A stretch of 64,000 nucleotides of DNA from Octopus vulgaris (taxonomy: Eukaryota), in NCBI GenBank assembly GCA_951406725.2, contig OX597843.1:17546001-17610000 (forward strand). Reading direction: 5' to 3'. The notes below the pieces were generated by a model that was not told the origin of the DNA, searched no databases, and saw only the letters and a program-made list of their open reading frames with translations. Numbering within the stretch: position 1 is the first letter of the stretch; each line of letters begins with the position of its first letter. This document shows, in pieces, positions 25,895 to 39,109 of this stretch. The translations under genes and the position numbers were made by a program.

Positions 25895-26343
25895 ACAGAA
25901 GGGTCTGGTTTGAGGGAGATCTGGCTGCTATTTCTACCAGGTCTGGCTACCATGTAGAGGTCTCCCTCATTAGCTCATACATACATATATACATACATAA
26001 GAGAGTAGGGTGTGATTTGAGGGAGATTTGGCTGCTATTTCTACCAGGTCTGGCTACCATGTAGAGGTCTCCCTCATTGACTCATACATAAGAAAGTAGG
26101 GTGTAATTTGAGGGAGATTTGGCTGCTATTTCTACCAGGTCTAGCTACCATGTAGAGGTCTCCCTCATTGGCACATACATACATATATACATACATAAGA
26201 AAGTAGGGTGTAATTTGAGGGAGATTTGGCTGCTATTTCTACCAGGTCTAGCTACCATGTAGAGGTCTCCCTCATTGACTCATACATAAGAGAGTAATTT
26301 GAGGGAGATCTGGCTGCTATTTCTAGCAGGTCTAGCTACCATG
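25895..26343 (-). repeat. Second array (~5 copies) of the 22-23 kb minisatellite, inverted
   Basis: ttgagggagatttggctgctatttctaccaggtctagctaccatgtagaggtctccctcatt repeated. Confidence 0.95.
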
Positions 26344-27035
26344 TGCACGAATGTGGTGTGGTGTGGTGCTGCATTGGGCGGGGTCGGTGTCGTGTGGTGA
26401 TCACTCTCTGCTGGTGTTATTCAATAAAGCCAGTTTGGTTTTGTGTTCGGTCAAGCGTAGACAATGGCGCGCCCTGGCGACAGAGAAAGAGGATAAAAGA
26501 AAAGCGATGGAGAGGAGCGGTGGCGGGGTGGGTGCGTGGGTGGAGGGGCGGTCATGTGGTGATGGTGATGGCGGTGGCGGTGGAGAGCGGACTGGGTGGT
26601 GTTGGTGTGGTGGCGGTGAAGGCATTGAGGATGCGGGCGAGAATAGTAATGCAGTAAAACACACACACACACACACACACATTCACATACACACTACCAA
26701 ACACACACATACACTACCACACACACACGCACACATACACACTACACACTACCACACACACACCACAGATGCACATTAAACGCAAAGACATACACAGATA
26801 CGTATATATATGAATATATATACGTGTGTGTGAATATGTGTGTGTGTATATGTATTTGTATATGTGTGTGTGTCTGTATATATATATACACACACGTACA
26901 AACACACATCTACACACACATATCCCCCACACACACATACTCATATACATGTGTGTGTGTGTGTGAGTGTGTGTGTATAAGTGGTCGGTCTCCCTGTTTA
27001 AGTAGTTGGCCTCAGGACAGAATGTTAACGCTACG

Positions 27036-27080
<45 letters not shown>

Positions 27081-27256
27081 AAGAAAATAGCGTAACAACA
27101 ATTAGTGCCATTAATAAAGTAAATGAATAGACCAATAACGAAAACATAGATCACATGTTGATGGAACTGGTAAGAGGGGGGGGGGGACAAATAAAGAGAG
27201 AGAGAGAGAGAGAGAGAGAGGAAGAGAGATTCATATCATATCCACAAGATATTGTG

Positions 27257-27315
<59 letters not shown>

Positions 27316-27354
27316 ATACACATGCATATATAGACAGATATTTCGATAGGTAAG

Positions 27355-27403
<49 letters not shown>

Positions 27404-27598
27404 GGATAGACAGATAGATAGATGGATGGATGGGCAGATAGATAGAGAGATGGATAGATAGATAGATATATGGAGGGAATGATAAATAGTTAGATAGATA
27501 GAGAGATCGATGGATAGATGGATACATGGATAAATAGATATTTAGATACATAAACAGACAGATGGATAGATAGATAGATAGGCAGGCAGGCAGATAGA

Positions 27599-27642
<44 letters not shown>

Positions 27643-28034
27643 TACACGACGAAAAAAAAGAAAGAATAAGGAACAGTTCATCCGCAGAAAAGAGACAACG
27701 ACGGCTTGAAGTAAAAACAAACAACAAACAAATAGCAAAAAAACCCTAAAAACAAAAACCGAAACACAGGGGCAAAAGAAACAAGCAAATAATAAATAAA
27801 TAAATAGATAAATAAATATGTAAACATTTCATTTCCCGCCTCTGGCCTTTCGTTCAGCGTGAAAATGTCCGACGGCAGAGGACGAAACGTGGTTGGTGTT
27901 GAGAGTCGGATAATATACTGTTATATTGATGGTGGTGTGGGGAGTGTTGTTGTGCCGGGAGCGGGCATGGGGGGAGAGGTTGTTCGTATAGTTTCTAGGT
28001 TAAAAGTAGCCATGTTTTTTTTATATATGACTGG

Positions 28035-28109
<75 letters not shown>

Positions 28110-28396
28110 GTGTGTGATGATTATATTTGTGTTCTTTCTTCGGTTGGTTGGCTTCCTGAAAGTTATTACACGTGTGTGTGAGTGTGTGTGTGTGAGTGTG
28201 TGTGTGAGTGTGTGTGTATGTGTGTGTCTGTGTGCGCATGCGTGTGTGCGTGTGTGTATGTATAGAAAAATATACATATATCTCGATTTCTTTCGATGCA
28301 CACACACTCACACACACACAAACATATATCTTTTATCTTTTTATATTTTACTGATTTCACTCATTAGACTGCGGCCATGCTACAGCAACATTTTGA

Positions 28397-28427
<31 letters not shown>

Positions 28428-28428
<1 letters not shown>

Positions 28429-28627
28429 ATACGTGACAATTATTCGGTAGGCATGATAAAACTCCGAGTTTCGGATGTCGGGGCGGAAACCCACGGTGCC
28501 ATCTTTTTCAGTTATCGGGCCATCAAAAAACGATGGCCCGATAACTGAAGAGATGGCGGTGTGGGTTTCCGGCCCGACATCCGAAACTCGGAGTTTTATC
28601 ATGCCTACCGAATAATTTTCACGTATT
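28428..28627. mobile_element. Foldback insert (~96-bp arms, 7-nt spacer) next to (TA)n
   Basis: Arms 28428-28524 / 28532-28627 with several mismatches. Confidence 0.85.
28540..28600 (+). ncRNA. Type-I hammerhead ribozyme-like motif
   Basis: gataa-CTGAAGA-GATGgCGG..CCGaCATC-c-GAAAC-TCGGA-GTT-ttatc; 5-bp stem I; the mirror copy on the minus strand has CTGAAAA. Confidence 0.7.
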
Positions 28628-28728
28628 TACAAATAAATTTCTTTATTTACATAATACCGACGTCTCTTTCATTCTTTTGTTGTCTTACCATCACTATCAA
28701 TAATATATATATACATATACATATATAT

Positions 28729-29048
28729 CTACTATAGCCTCGGGCCGACCAAAGCCTTGTGAGTGGATTTGGTAGACGGAAACTGAAAGAAGCCCGTCGT
28801 ATATATGTATATATATATATGCATGTGTGTGTTTGTGTGTCTGTGTTTGTACCCCTAGCATTGCTTGACAACCGATGCTGGTGTACTTATGTCCCCGTTA
28901 CTTAGCGGCTCGGCAAAGGAGACCGATAGAATAAGTACTGGGCTTACAAAAGAATAAGTCCCGGGGTCGAGTTGCTCGACTAAAGGCGGTGCTCCAGCAT
29001 GGCCGCAGTCAAAATGACTGAAACAAGTAAAAGAATAAAAGAATAAAA

Positions 29049-29050
<2 letters not shown>
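28729..29050 (+). mobile_element. 5'-truncated SINE family A
   Basis: Matches the consensus from ctactatagcctcgggccgacc to the (taaaagaa)n tail. Confidence 0.9.
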
Positions 29051-29108
<58 letters not shown>

Positions 29109-29455
29109 GATCTAATGCGCTTGGCTTAGATTTCCCTTGGTGGCTGCCCAGATCGGAGCAATCTCAAGATTAATCAGCCGAAATTGCGATGACTGAGGGC
29201 TTCGAATGTCCCGTCCTGTGGTTCTCGTGTCGTCTCCTTGGTGTTTCATGTTCTTGTCCATGTCTGTATTTATTTTTTACTGTTTACATATATATATATA
29301 TATGTATATATATACACACACACACTAATCCTTCGACTATCGCGTGGGGTACGTTCCAAAGCCACCGAAGCACATAAACGTGAAACAAGGTGGGAAAAAG
29401 AGTACTCAAATACCAGAGGTAGAGTAATATGCTTTATTTAAAAGCAGCAGAAATA

Positions 29456-29510
29456 TAACAAAAGCTGTTACTCGGAGTTTCACGTTCCTGTTCATCGGAC
29501 AGTTTTGTTA
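29456..29510 (-). ncRNA. Type-I hammerhead ribozyme-like motif with CCGAUGA core
   Basis: Minus: taacaaaactgt-CCGATGA-AC-aggaac-GT-GAAAC-TCCGA-GTA-acag(c)ttttgtta; 12-bp stem I with one bulge. Confidence 0.7.
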
Positions 29511-29952
29511 AAATAGAACAGAAATAACAATATGATCAAAACTAGTTAAAGGATACACCATTTCAAAAATGGATTTGTTTCATTGGTCCTTTCAAATAAC
29601 GGTCTTAAGCATGCGATAGACAAAATAAACAAAATAAATAAATTCAATATAAATTATAGATTATAAAAAAACGAAGAAAACCTTAAATCGAAGAGCTGAT
29701 TCAAAATACATATTGTGATTAATTATATAGAAATATAATTCGATCAATACAATTAACACATAAAAATTAAAATATATATTTAAATATTTCACAACAGTAT
29801 ACTCATACTATACAAATGGCGGTGCCCCAGCATGGCCACAGCTCATAGGCTGGAACTGGAATCAATCAATCAATCATATACATCAAAGTACACAGATAGA
29901 TGTACACAGACCACATACATATGCAGACATATAAACACACATATATATATAT

Positions 29953-30100
29953 GTGGCGTTAGGAAGGGCATCCAGTCGTAGAAACATTGCCAGATCAGAC
30001 TGGGCCTGGTGCAGCCTTCTGGCTTCCCAGACCCGAGTTGAACCTTCCAACCCATGGAAAGCGGACGCTAAATGATGATGATGATGATGATGATGATGAT
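29953..30100 (+). mobile_element. 3' end of an RTE-associated SINE/LINE with (GAT)n tail
   Basis: ggcgttaggaagggcatccag..ccaacccatg..cggacg.taaa(tga)n; second copy at 44330-44478 (-). Confidence 0.7.
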
Positions 30101-30789
30101 ATATATATATATATATATACACACAAATACACATACATATGTATACGCAATCTTGCCCGCATGCAAGAACCACTTGGTGTATACATATAGACTAGAAGTA
30201 AAACGCAGAGAGGGGGAAGAAAAAGAAAAAGAAAAGGTAAGGATCTTATAAGCAACAGATAGGTAGAGAAGTGAGTAAGAGAAGGGGGGGGGTAAAGTTA
30301 CAGGACTCAATACAAGTAACGAATAGTGGGGAGAAACAATACTTTTCTTTAACGAGAGAAAGGAAAAAAGAAAGAAGTCTGAATATGCGCAACGAACGTA
30401 CACAAAATAAAATTACGTATACATGTGTATATATATATATATACACATCCACACAAATCCAAGTGAATACATGAATACATATACACCCATGTATGTATGT
30501 GCATAAGTATAAACATACACGCTTACTTACACATATACATAGACGCGTGCATACGAATAAATATTCACATAAAAACATGTCTACGATCTGACGTATATAC
30601 AAACAACATTATTTAAAAAATTGTTGAGTGCATAATAATAGAATTTAGATAAAAGACATGCAAAATATAACACCCTATATCGAATTATCTATGAATTAAA
30701 CGATTAAAGTGGGTTTATAAAATACAATAAAATGAAATGAAATAAAAGCAGAATCCTAAACAAGAAAATAATATTTGTATAATATTTGT

Positions 30790-31170
30790 ATAGGCGCAGG
30801 AGTGGCTGTGTGGTAAGTAGCTTGCTAACCAACCACATGGTTCCGGGTTCAGTCCCACTGCGTGGCATCTTGGGCAAGTGTCTTCTGCTATAGCCTCGGG
30901 CCGACCAATGCCTTGTGAGTGGATTTGGTAAACGGAAACTGAAAGAAGCCTGTCGTATATATGTATGTATATATATATATATATGTGTGTGTTTGTGTGT
31001 CTGTGTTTGTCCCTCCAACATCGCTTGACAACCGATGCTGGTGTGTTTACGTCCCCGTCACTTAGCGGTTCGGCAAAAGACGCCTATAGAATAAGTACTA
31101 GGCTTACAAAGAATAAGTCCCGGGGTCGATTTGCTCAACTAAAGGCAGTGCTCCAGCGTGGCCGCAGTCA
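30790..31170 (+). mobile_element. SINE family A (tail end missing)
   Basis: Head taggcgcaggagtggctgtgtggtaag through ggccgcagtca. Confidence 0.9.
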
Positions 31171-31509
31171 TATTTACCTACCTACGTATATCTTACTTTC
31201 CATCTATCCATCTATTTATTTTACCATCAATATACCTCTCTATCTATTTACTTATCTATGTATCTCCCTCTCTCTCCCTCTCTCTCTCTCACTCTCTACC
31301 ACTATATATCTATCTTTCTATCCCTCATTCTATGCATGTGTATATCCATCTTTCTATTTACCTGCATATCCGTTTGTTATTCATCATCGTTTGTATCTCT
31401 AGATCCCTATCCATCTCTTTGTTTATGTTTCTCTCTCTCCTTCCCTTCGACTTCATAGATGTGCATCAGAGTATGTTTGTGTGTGTGTGTATGTATGTGT
31501 GTATATATA

Positions 31510-31645
31510 TATTCACTCTGCCTATTTTCTCTTATTTCCTTTCTGTTGAAGAGCGTAGGTTCACTTTCCCGAGCGTCAAACTAAAACAGCCACTTGTTGT
31601 TCATACACCTGCCTTTGTCTTTTGTTTTTCTATAAATTTCAACTA
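31510..31645 (+). mobile_element. Short TA-associated repeat with a partly deleted hammerhead-like motif
   Basis: ctttCTGTTGAagagcgtagg followed by a deletion; homologous to 9495-9635. Confidence 0.6.
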
Positions 31646-31657
31646 TATATATATATA

Positions 31658-31970
31658 TTGTTATATTTCGGAATGGTCATTTTGCCGCCAGTTTAGCCAA
31701 TAAAAACACACGCACTATATATTTGGTGTTACTTTGCTTCAGTGTTATTTATTTTTTACATTAATCTTAATCTTATTTCGGCCAGAGTTCTTTCGTCACA
31801 CTCCTGTGACCGCATCAGTGGTCCTTTGTTTTCTTCTTTCTTATTTGTGTCTCTCCTTACTAACCGTCAGCCATTTTGCATTGGCTAAACTAGCAAAATG
31901 ACCATTCCGAAATATAACTATATCTGTTTCAACACACGACTTCACATAAAAAATCTTGCACACCAAATAT
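31658..31970. mobile_element. Foldback insert with a hammerhead-like motif at 31780-31824 (-)
   Basis: Near-identical to 49110-49513; arms 31660-31701/31881-31918; minus: cca-CTGATGC-g-GTCACA-ggag-TGTGAC-GAAAG-AA-CTC-tgg. Confidence 0.7.
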
Positions 31971-31995
31971 ATATATATTTATACACACATATGCA

Positions 31996-32098
<103 letters not shown>

Positions 32099-32109
32099 AT
32101 ATATATATA

Positions 32110-32290
32110 TAGGGAGTATTCACAAAAAAATCCAAAAGATGAAGACAGGTGGTGTAGACAACAAACAGATGTATTAGTATAACGCTCGGGAAGTGAAAAA
32201 GTCTTTAACGTTTCGAGCCTACGCTCTTCCACAGAAAGAAACAAGGAGAGAAAATAATGAATGTGTCGTGGCTAGCGACCCCTCATGGAA
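32110..32290 (-). mobile_element. Short TA-associated repeat with a hammerhead-like motif (32202-32239)
   Basis: Minus: tcttt-CTGTGGA-a-GAGC-gtag-GCTC-GAAAC-GTT-aaaga. Confidence 0.65.
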
Positions 32291-32434
32291 AAAGCAGAAT
32301 GTACAAAAAAGTTTAGAAAGTATAAAAAAGTTACGAAAGGTTCAAAAGATTCACATATATATGTATATGTATGTATATATAAATGTATATATACACATAG
32401 ACAAATATATTTGTATATACACACAAATATTTGT

Positions 32435-32600
32435 GTATGCATGCGTGCATGCACATATGTATGTATGCATATATGTATGTTTGTATGTATGTATGTATGT
32501 ATGTATGTATGTATGTATGTATGTATGCATATATGTATGTATGCATGTATGTATGTATGTATGTGTATGTGTGTGTATGTATGTATGTATGTATGTATGC

Positions 32601-32633
<33 letters not shown>

Positions 32634-32637
32634 TGTA

Positions 32638-32670
<33 letters not shown>

Positions 32671-32898
32671 ATGTATGTATGTATGTATGTATGTATGTAT
32701 GTATGCATGCATGTATGTATGTATGCATGTATGTATGTTTGTATGTATGTATGTATTTATGTATGTATGTATGTATGTATGTATGTATGTATGTATGTAT
32801 GTATGTATGTATGTATGTATGCATGCATGTATGTATGTATGCATGTATGTATGTTTGTATGTATGTATGTATGTATGTATGCATGTATGTATGTATGC

Positions 32899-32929
<31 letters not shown>

Positions 32930-33380
32930 CATGCATGTATGTATGTATGCATGTATGTATGTTTGTAAGTATGTATGTATATATGTATGTATCTGTGTGT
33001 ATGTATGTATGTACGTATGTATGTATGTATGTATGTATGTATGGATGTATGTATGTATGTATGTATGTATGTATGTGTATGTGTGTGTATGTATGTATGT
33101 ATGTATGTATGCATATATGTATGTTTGTATGTATGTACGTATGTATGCATGTATGCACATATGTATGTATGTATGTATTAATTTATGTATGCATGTATGT
33201 ATGTATGTATGTATGTATGCATGTATGTATGTATCCATGTATGTATGTATGCATATATGTATGTTTGTATGTATGTATGTGTGTGTGTGTGTGTGTCTGT
33301 CTGTCTGTCTGTATGCATGTATGTATGTATTTATGTATGTATGTGTGTATGTGTGTATGTATGTATGAATGTATGTATGC
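32435..33380. repeat. (TATG)n microsatellite
   Basis: Direct reading. Confidence 0.95.
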
Positions 33381-33653
33381 AGACCTGCAAAGAGGGACAG
33401 GATTTTCCCAAAATTGTGAATTTAAACAAACCAAATGACGGGAACTAATTAAAGCTCTACCCCCCTCTGAACCCCCCTCCTTTACAAACACACACACACA
33501 CACACATATATGCGTATGTATATACGCACATGCGCATATACATACATATATATATATATACATGCATATTGGTGAAAAAAGAAAAACGGAGTCAGATACA
33601 CACTCATACGTAGACACACAGACACACACTAAAATAGAATCAAACATATACAC

Positions 33654-33727
<74 letters not shown>

Positions 33728-34158
33728 TGGTCAATAATGGAGGCCCTCATTAATTCCTGCCATCTCCATCGACTGGAACCGGAAGTATGTATCTGCTCAA
33801 CTTGTTGTCTCCATTGTCATTGCCAGCGTAAACCGGAAGCTGGTTTGGAGTTGCAAACCGCTCACATTGCTGCCGCCAGAGGGAGGGCTGGTGGTGGCGG
33901 GTGGTGGCGGTGGCGGGGTGATAGGTCGGAGGCGGGCAACGTTGACAAACTACTAAGACCGAAAACGCATCTGTTAACATCCGATTTGTTGTTGTTGTTG
34001 TTGTTGTTGATGATGATGGTTTGTTTGTTTTTGTTCGTTTTGCTGTTTCCTTTGCAGGTTCCAAAAACCTCTTTGAACGACCATCAAAAACTATCGCAAA
34101 AGAGCATCGTCTCATCTGTGTGTGTATATATGTGTGTATGTATGCATATATTTGTGTG

Positions 34159-34307
<149 letters not shown>

Positions 34308-34328
34308 TATATATACATATATATATAT

Positions 34329-34397
<69 letters not shown>

Positions 34398-34417
34398 ATC
34401 ATATATATATATATATA

Positions 34418-34620
34418 TGTACTGTTGGCGATATTTTTTTCCTCTGTCTTCCCTTCTCTGGATCTTTCCTTCTCCTATGTTTCTGACCAAAAGCTCCGCT
34501 CGAAACACTAAACCCTCCTCCTTCCCTTCCTTCCTGAGCTTCCAATAACACTATACTTGTCCCACGTCCTCGCGTTGTTGTGTTTTCTCTTTGTGTTTTC
34601 ATGTTTGGATTAACTACAAA
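34418..34620 (+). mobile_element. Short TA-associated repeat with a mutated hammerhead motif
   Basis: gttt-CTGACCA-aaagctccgctc-GAAAC-act-aaac; homologous to 9786-9955. Confidence 0.7.
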
Positions 34621-34633
34621 TATATATATATAT

Positions 34634-34940
34634 TGCTGTTTGTTCCTTCTCGAACCACGGCTGGCTCATTAGGGCCGGTTTCCCGGTTTCCTTGGCGTAT
34701 AGGTTCCCCACCTGGACGGGACGCCGATCAGTCGCAGGTGAGCCGCAAAATGCAGGAGGGAAGAATGAGAGAAAGTTGTGGCGAAAGAGTCAGCAGAAGT
34801 TCGCCATTACCTTCTGCCGGATCCGCGTGGAGTTTAGGTGTTTCGCTCATAAATACACACATCGCCCGGTCTGAGATTCGAACCCGTGATCCCCCGATCG
34901 CGAGTCCTCTGCTCTAACCACTAGGCTATGTGCCCCCACA
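34634..34940 (-). mobile_element. tRNA-derived SINE (family B-type head)
   Basis: Minus: gtgggggcacatagcctagtggttagagc..cacgggttcgaatctc (A and B boxes). Confidence 0.8.
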
Positions 34941-35161
34941 CATGCATTATATATATATATAGACACACGCTTACATACACACACGTCTGTATAAGCAAAC
35001 ACGCGGAAACATACATGTTTGAATGTGTGTATATAAATATCTATGTGTGTAGGTATTCGTTGTTATCATTGTGATTGGTTATCGAACACCTGTCGACTGT
35101 GACTGAATCAATCACTTGATCGGGAGAATGAAATTTGATTTAGACAGTGTGTGTGTGTGTT

Positions 35162-35215
<54 letters not shown>

Positions 35216-35376
35216 GACTCAGACATTTGTCTGGTAATTAAGCAAGCATTTAACAAACAATTATACGCAGCTTAACGCACAATTGCTTGCACCTATGTGT
35301 GTGTATTTATATGTAGGAATCTATGTTTGCACGTATGTATATGTGTCTGTATGTGTGTGTGTATATATATAAATAA

Positions 35377-35434
<58 letters not shown>

Positions 35435-35563
35435 GTATACATGTACGGATGTTTGTATGAGTATATGCTTATATATATGTATGTATGCTATATATGTACG
35501 TACGTACATCATGTATGGTCGTATGTGTATATTTGTATATGTACGAAAATGTATGTATATCTG

Positions 35564-35596
<33 letters not shown>

Positions 35597-35993
35597 TTTT
35601 CTACACACACATACACACACATATATAGTAAGAGATAGAGAGAAAGAAAGGGAGAGGCATTGTTTATTCCCACTTAAACGTGGGTATTTTTGTTGGAACA
35701 AGCTTTACTGCGGTGGATAACATGAATCCCTCAAATTGACTTTTGGTACAAAGCTGCTCGCATGTCTATATTGCTGGCGAGGGGGTAACTCCCCACCAAC
35801 TCCAGCGCCGAGACCACCAGGTCACATGATTTCGATCTTCCTTGGTCTCATCGGTGACGGACACTCGACTGCTAGATTTAGCAACGATTGGTCTCCCCAC
35901 TAGCGATATAGAGAAAATCAGTGCCTGATCAGTCAATATGAGAGTTTCTCTCATTGTGTGCATGTGTATATATGTGTATATATATATATATAT

Positions 35994-36076
<83 letters not shown>

Positions 36077-36083
<7 letters not shown>

Positions 36084-36534
36084 GGCATTATTACACATAA
36101 ATGCCTCACACTAAGAGGGACTAAGTCATTACTACCAAAATTATACTAATCATACCCAAATGCAGTTTTTCAAAGCAAGACATTTAAAAAAATGAATTTA
36201 GTTCTGTATCACCGTGATTTCACATTCAACTTGCGTCTTATGATCCTCAGCAGAACTGATTCTGAACACATCATAAATAAACTACCAACCTTACGTAGCG
36301 AAGACGTCTTCGCTACGTAAGGTTGGTAGTTTATTTATGATGTGTTCAGAATCAGTTCTGCTGAGGATCATAAGACGCAAGTTGAATGTGAAATCACGGT
36401 GATACAGAACTAAATTCATTTTTTTAAATGTCTTGCTTTGAAAAACTGCATTTGGGTATGATTAGTATAATTTTGGTAGTAATGACTTAGTCCCTCTTAG
36501 TGTGAGGCATTTATGTGTAATAATGCCCTCTATA
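36077..36534. repeat. Perfect spacerless palindrome (2 x 229 bp) abutting (TA)n
   Basis: Axis gcgaagac|gtcttcgc at 36305/36306; no mismatch seen by eye. Confidence 0.92.
36354..36411 (+). ncRNA. Type-I hammerhead ribozyme-like motif (mirror copy at 36200-36257 on minus)
   Basis: agttctg-CTGAGGA-tCAT..ATGt-GAAAT-CACGGTG-ATA-cagaact; 7-bp stem I, near-palindromic stem III, AUA site; closing pair of stem II mismatched. Confidence 0.7.
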
Positions 36535-36667
36535 CAATATAGATATAATTAATTTGTTCAAAAGAAAAAAATTATTTTCGAATTCTTTTCTTTTATGAGG
36601 TTTTCACGCTAACTACCCGATAATTTCTTGTTAAGATTCCTTATTAAGAGGTTATCCTTAATTGTTA

Positions 36668-36729
<62 letters not shown>

Positions 36730-36954
36730 ATATATACACGCACACACATATGCACGCACTCGCGCATGCATACACACACATACATGTAAGAGCCACTGAG
36801 GGAGACCATAAGATGGTAACTAGACCTGTTAGAAATAGTAACAAATCGCCGAGAAAAAACTCAATGTCTTTAAGAAAAAGATATTTAGGTTTGTTTAAAA
36901 GAAGATATAAGTTTGGGTTGCCATGGCTGGAAGCTGAAAAAAGATAAGTGTTGG

Positions 36955-37805
36955 ATGAAGAAGAAAAAGAGAAAGTGAAAGGAGAATGAGAAGAAAGAAA
37001 AGATGCGGAAGAGGAGGAGGAAGAGGTGGAGAAAGAAATCGTCGGAGAGAAGAAGAATACCGAGAAGGAGGGGGATAAAAAAAAAGAGAAAGAAGGAGGA
37101 GGAGAAGAAGGAGAAGAAGAAAAAGTGGAAGAAAATGAAGAGACATAAAAGAAAGAAACGAATAAAGGAGACGAAAAAGAAGAAGAAGAAGGTGAAGAAA
37201 GAGAAGGAAGAAGAGAAGGAGATAAAAGGGAAAGAGTAGAAAAAAGGAACTGGAAAAGCGAAGCAGTAGGAAAGGGAGAGGAAGTAGGAGTAGTAGGAGG
37301 AGGAGGAAGAGGATGAAGGAGAAGAAGAAGAAGAAGAAGAAGAAGAAGAAGAAGAAGAAGAAGAAGAATGAGAAGAAATGAAGGGGAAGATTAAGAAGAG
37401 AAGTGAGGGATAAGAGCAGGAGGAGGAGGATAAGAAATAGTAATAGTAGTAGAAGAAGAAGAAGAAGAAGAAGAAGAAGAAGAAGAAGCGGAAGAAGATC
37501 AAGAAGAAGATCAAGAAGAAGAAGAGGAGGAAGAAGAAGAAAATGAAGAAGGAAAAGGAAGTATAGGAAGAAGGAGAAGAAGAAGCAGAAGAAGAAGAAG
37601 AAGAAGAAGAAGAAGGAAAAGGAAGTATAGGAAGAAGGAGAAGAAGAAGCAGAAGAAGAAGAAGAAGAAGAAGAAGAAGAAGAAGAAGAAGAAGAAGAAG
37701 AAGAAGAAGAAGAAGAAAATGGAGAAGAAGAAGAAGAAGAAAATGTAGAAGAAGAAGAAGAAGAAGAAGAAGAAGAAGAAGAAGAAGAAGAAGAAGAAGA
37801 AGAAT
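36955..37805. repeat. (GAA)n-rich polypurine tract
   Basis: About 850 bp, nearly all purine on the + strand. Confidence 0.95.
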
Positions 37806-38148
37806 GAGCAACATCAGCCTAATGCCAGAAGTGAAAGCAACACTTCACAGCAGTAAGAAAAACAATGAACAAGAACAACAACAACAACAACCTTCATGTA
37901 ATTGACAACAGCAAGAAGAAGAAGAAGAAGAAGCAGAAAAACCAGCAAATTCAAAGAATGCGAAAGAGAAGTGGTTGTAGACTGGTGGGGGGGGATAGTG
38001 TTGTTGTTGTTGTTGTTGTCTAGTGACATTTGATCTGTTTGTAGTTTAGACAAAAACTGGTTGATGGTGGAGAGAGGAAAAAACACACCTTTAACATGTG
38101 TACATAGGATGTTTAGTAGTTAACAACTGTCTATATACGCATATACGT

Positions 38149-38224
<76 letters not shown>

Positions 38225-38264
38225 GTATATATATATATATATATTATATATATATATATGTATG

Positions 38265-38342
<78 letters not shown>

Positions 38343-38483
38343 CATACGTACTTACATATATATATACATACCTGTATATATATGTATATATACATACATA
38401 TGTGTATATAAATATATATACTCACATATGTGTGTGTATATATATACATACATATATATATGCATATATACATATACATATGT

Positions 38484-38534
<51 letters not shown>

Positions 38535-38641
38535 TACATTGCGTTTGGTAGGTAGGCAGGTTGACTGCACACCTGCCTGCCGTTTGTAATTGTAAAGCTG
38601 CCAGTCTGCCTGTTGTTCTGTATGTATGTATATGTATATCT

Positions 38642-38851
38642 ACGTTAGCACGCCGGGCGAAATGCGTAGCCGTATTTCGTCTGTCGTTACGTTGTGAGTT
38701 CAAATTCCGCCGAGGTCGACTTTGCCTTTCATCCTTTCGGGGTCGATAAATAAAGTACCAGATACGCACTGGAGTCGATGTAATTGACGTAATCCCTTTG
38801 TCTGTCCTTGTTTGTCCCCTCTGTGTTTAGCCCCTTGTGGGCAATAAAGAA

Positions 38852-38852
<1 letters not shown>
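38642..38852 (+). mobile_element. SINE family C
   Basis: gttagcacgccgggcgaaatgc..gagttcaaattccgccgaggtcgactttgcctttcatcctttcggggtcgataa. Confidence 0.85.
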
Positions 38853-38907
<55 letters not shown>

Positions 38908-39042
38908 GCCTTTCTTTCCTTATTTGTCTCTTTGTCTATCTATTAATCTATCTGTCAGTCTATCTCCATTTGTCTGTCTGTCTGTCTATCTATCTATCTA
39001 CCAACATACCTATATACCTATCTATCTTTCTGGCTGTCTGTC

Positions 39043-39109
<67 letters not shown>

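Noticed and set aside
34860-34940. tRNA-like sequences here and in other SINE heads
   Set aside because: A and B boxes are present, but they run into SINE bodies and no complete cloverleaf was seen.
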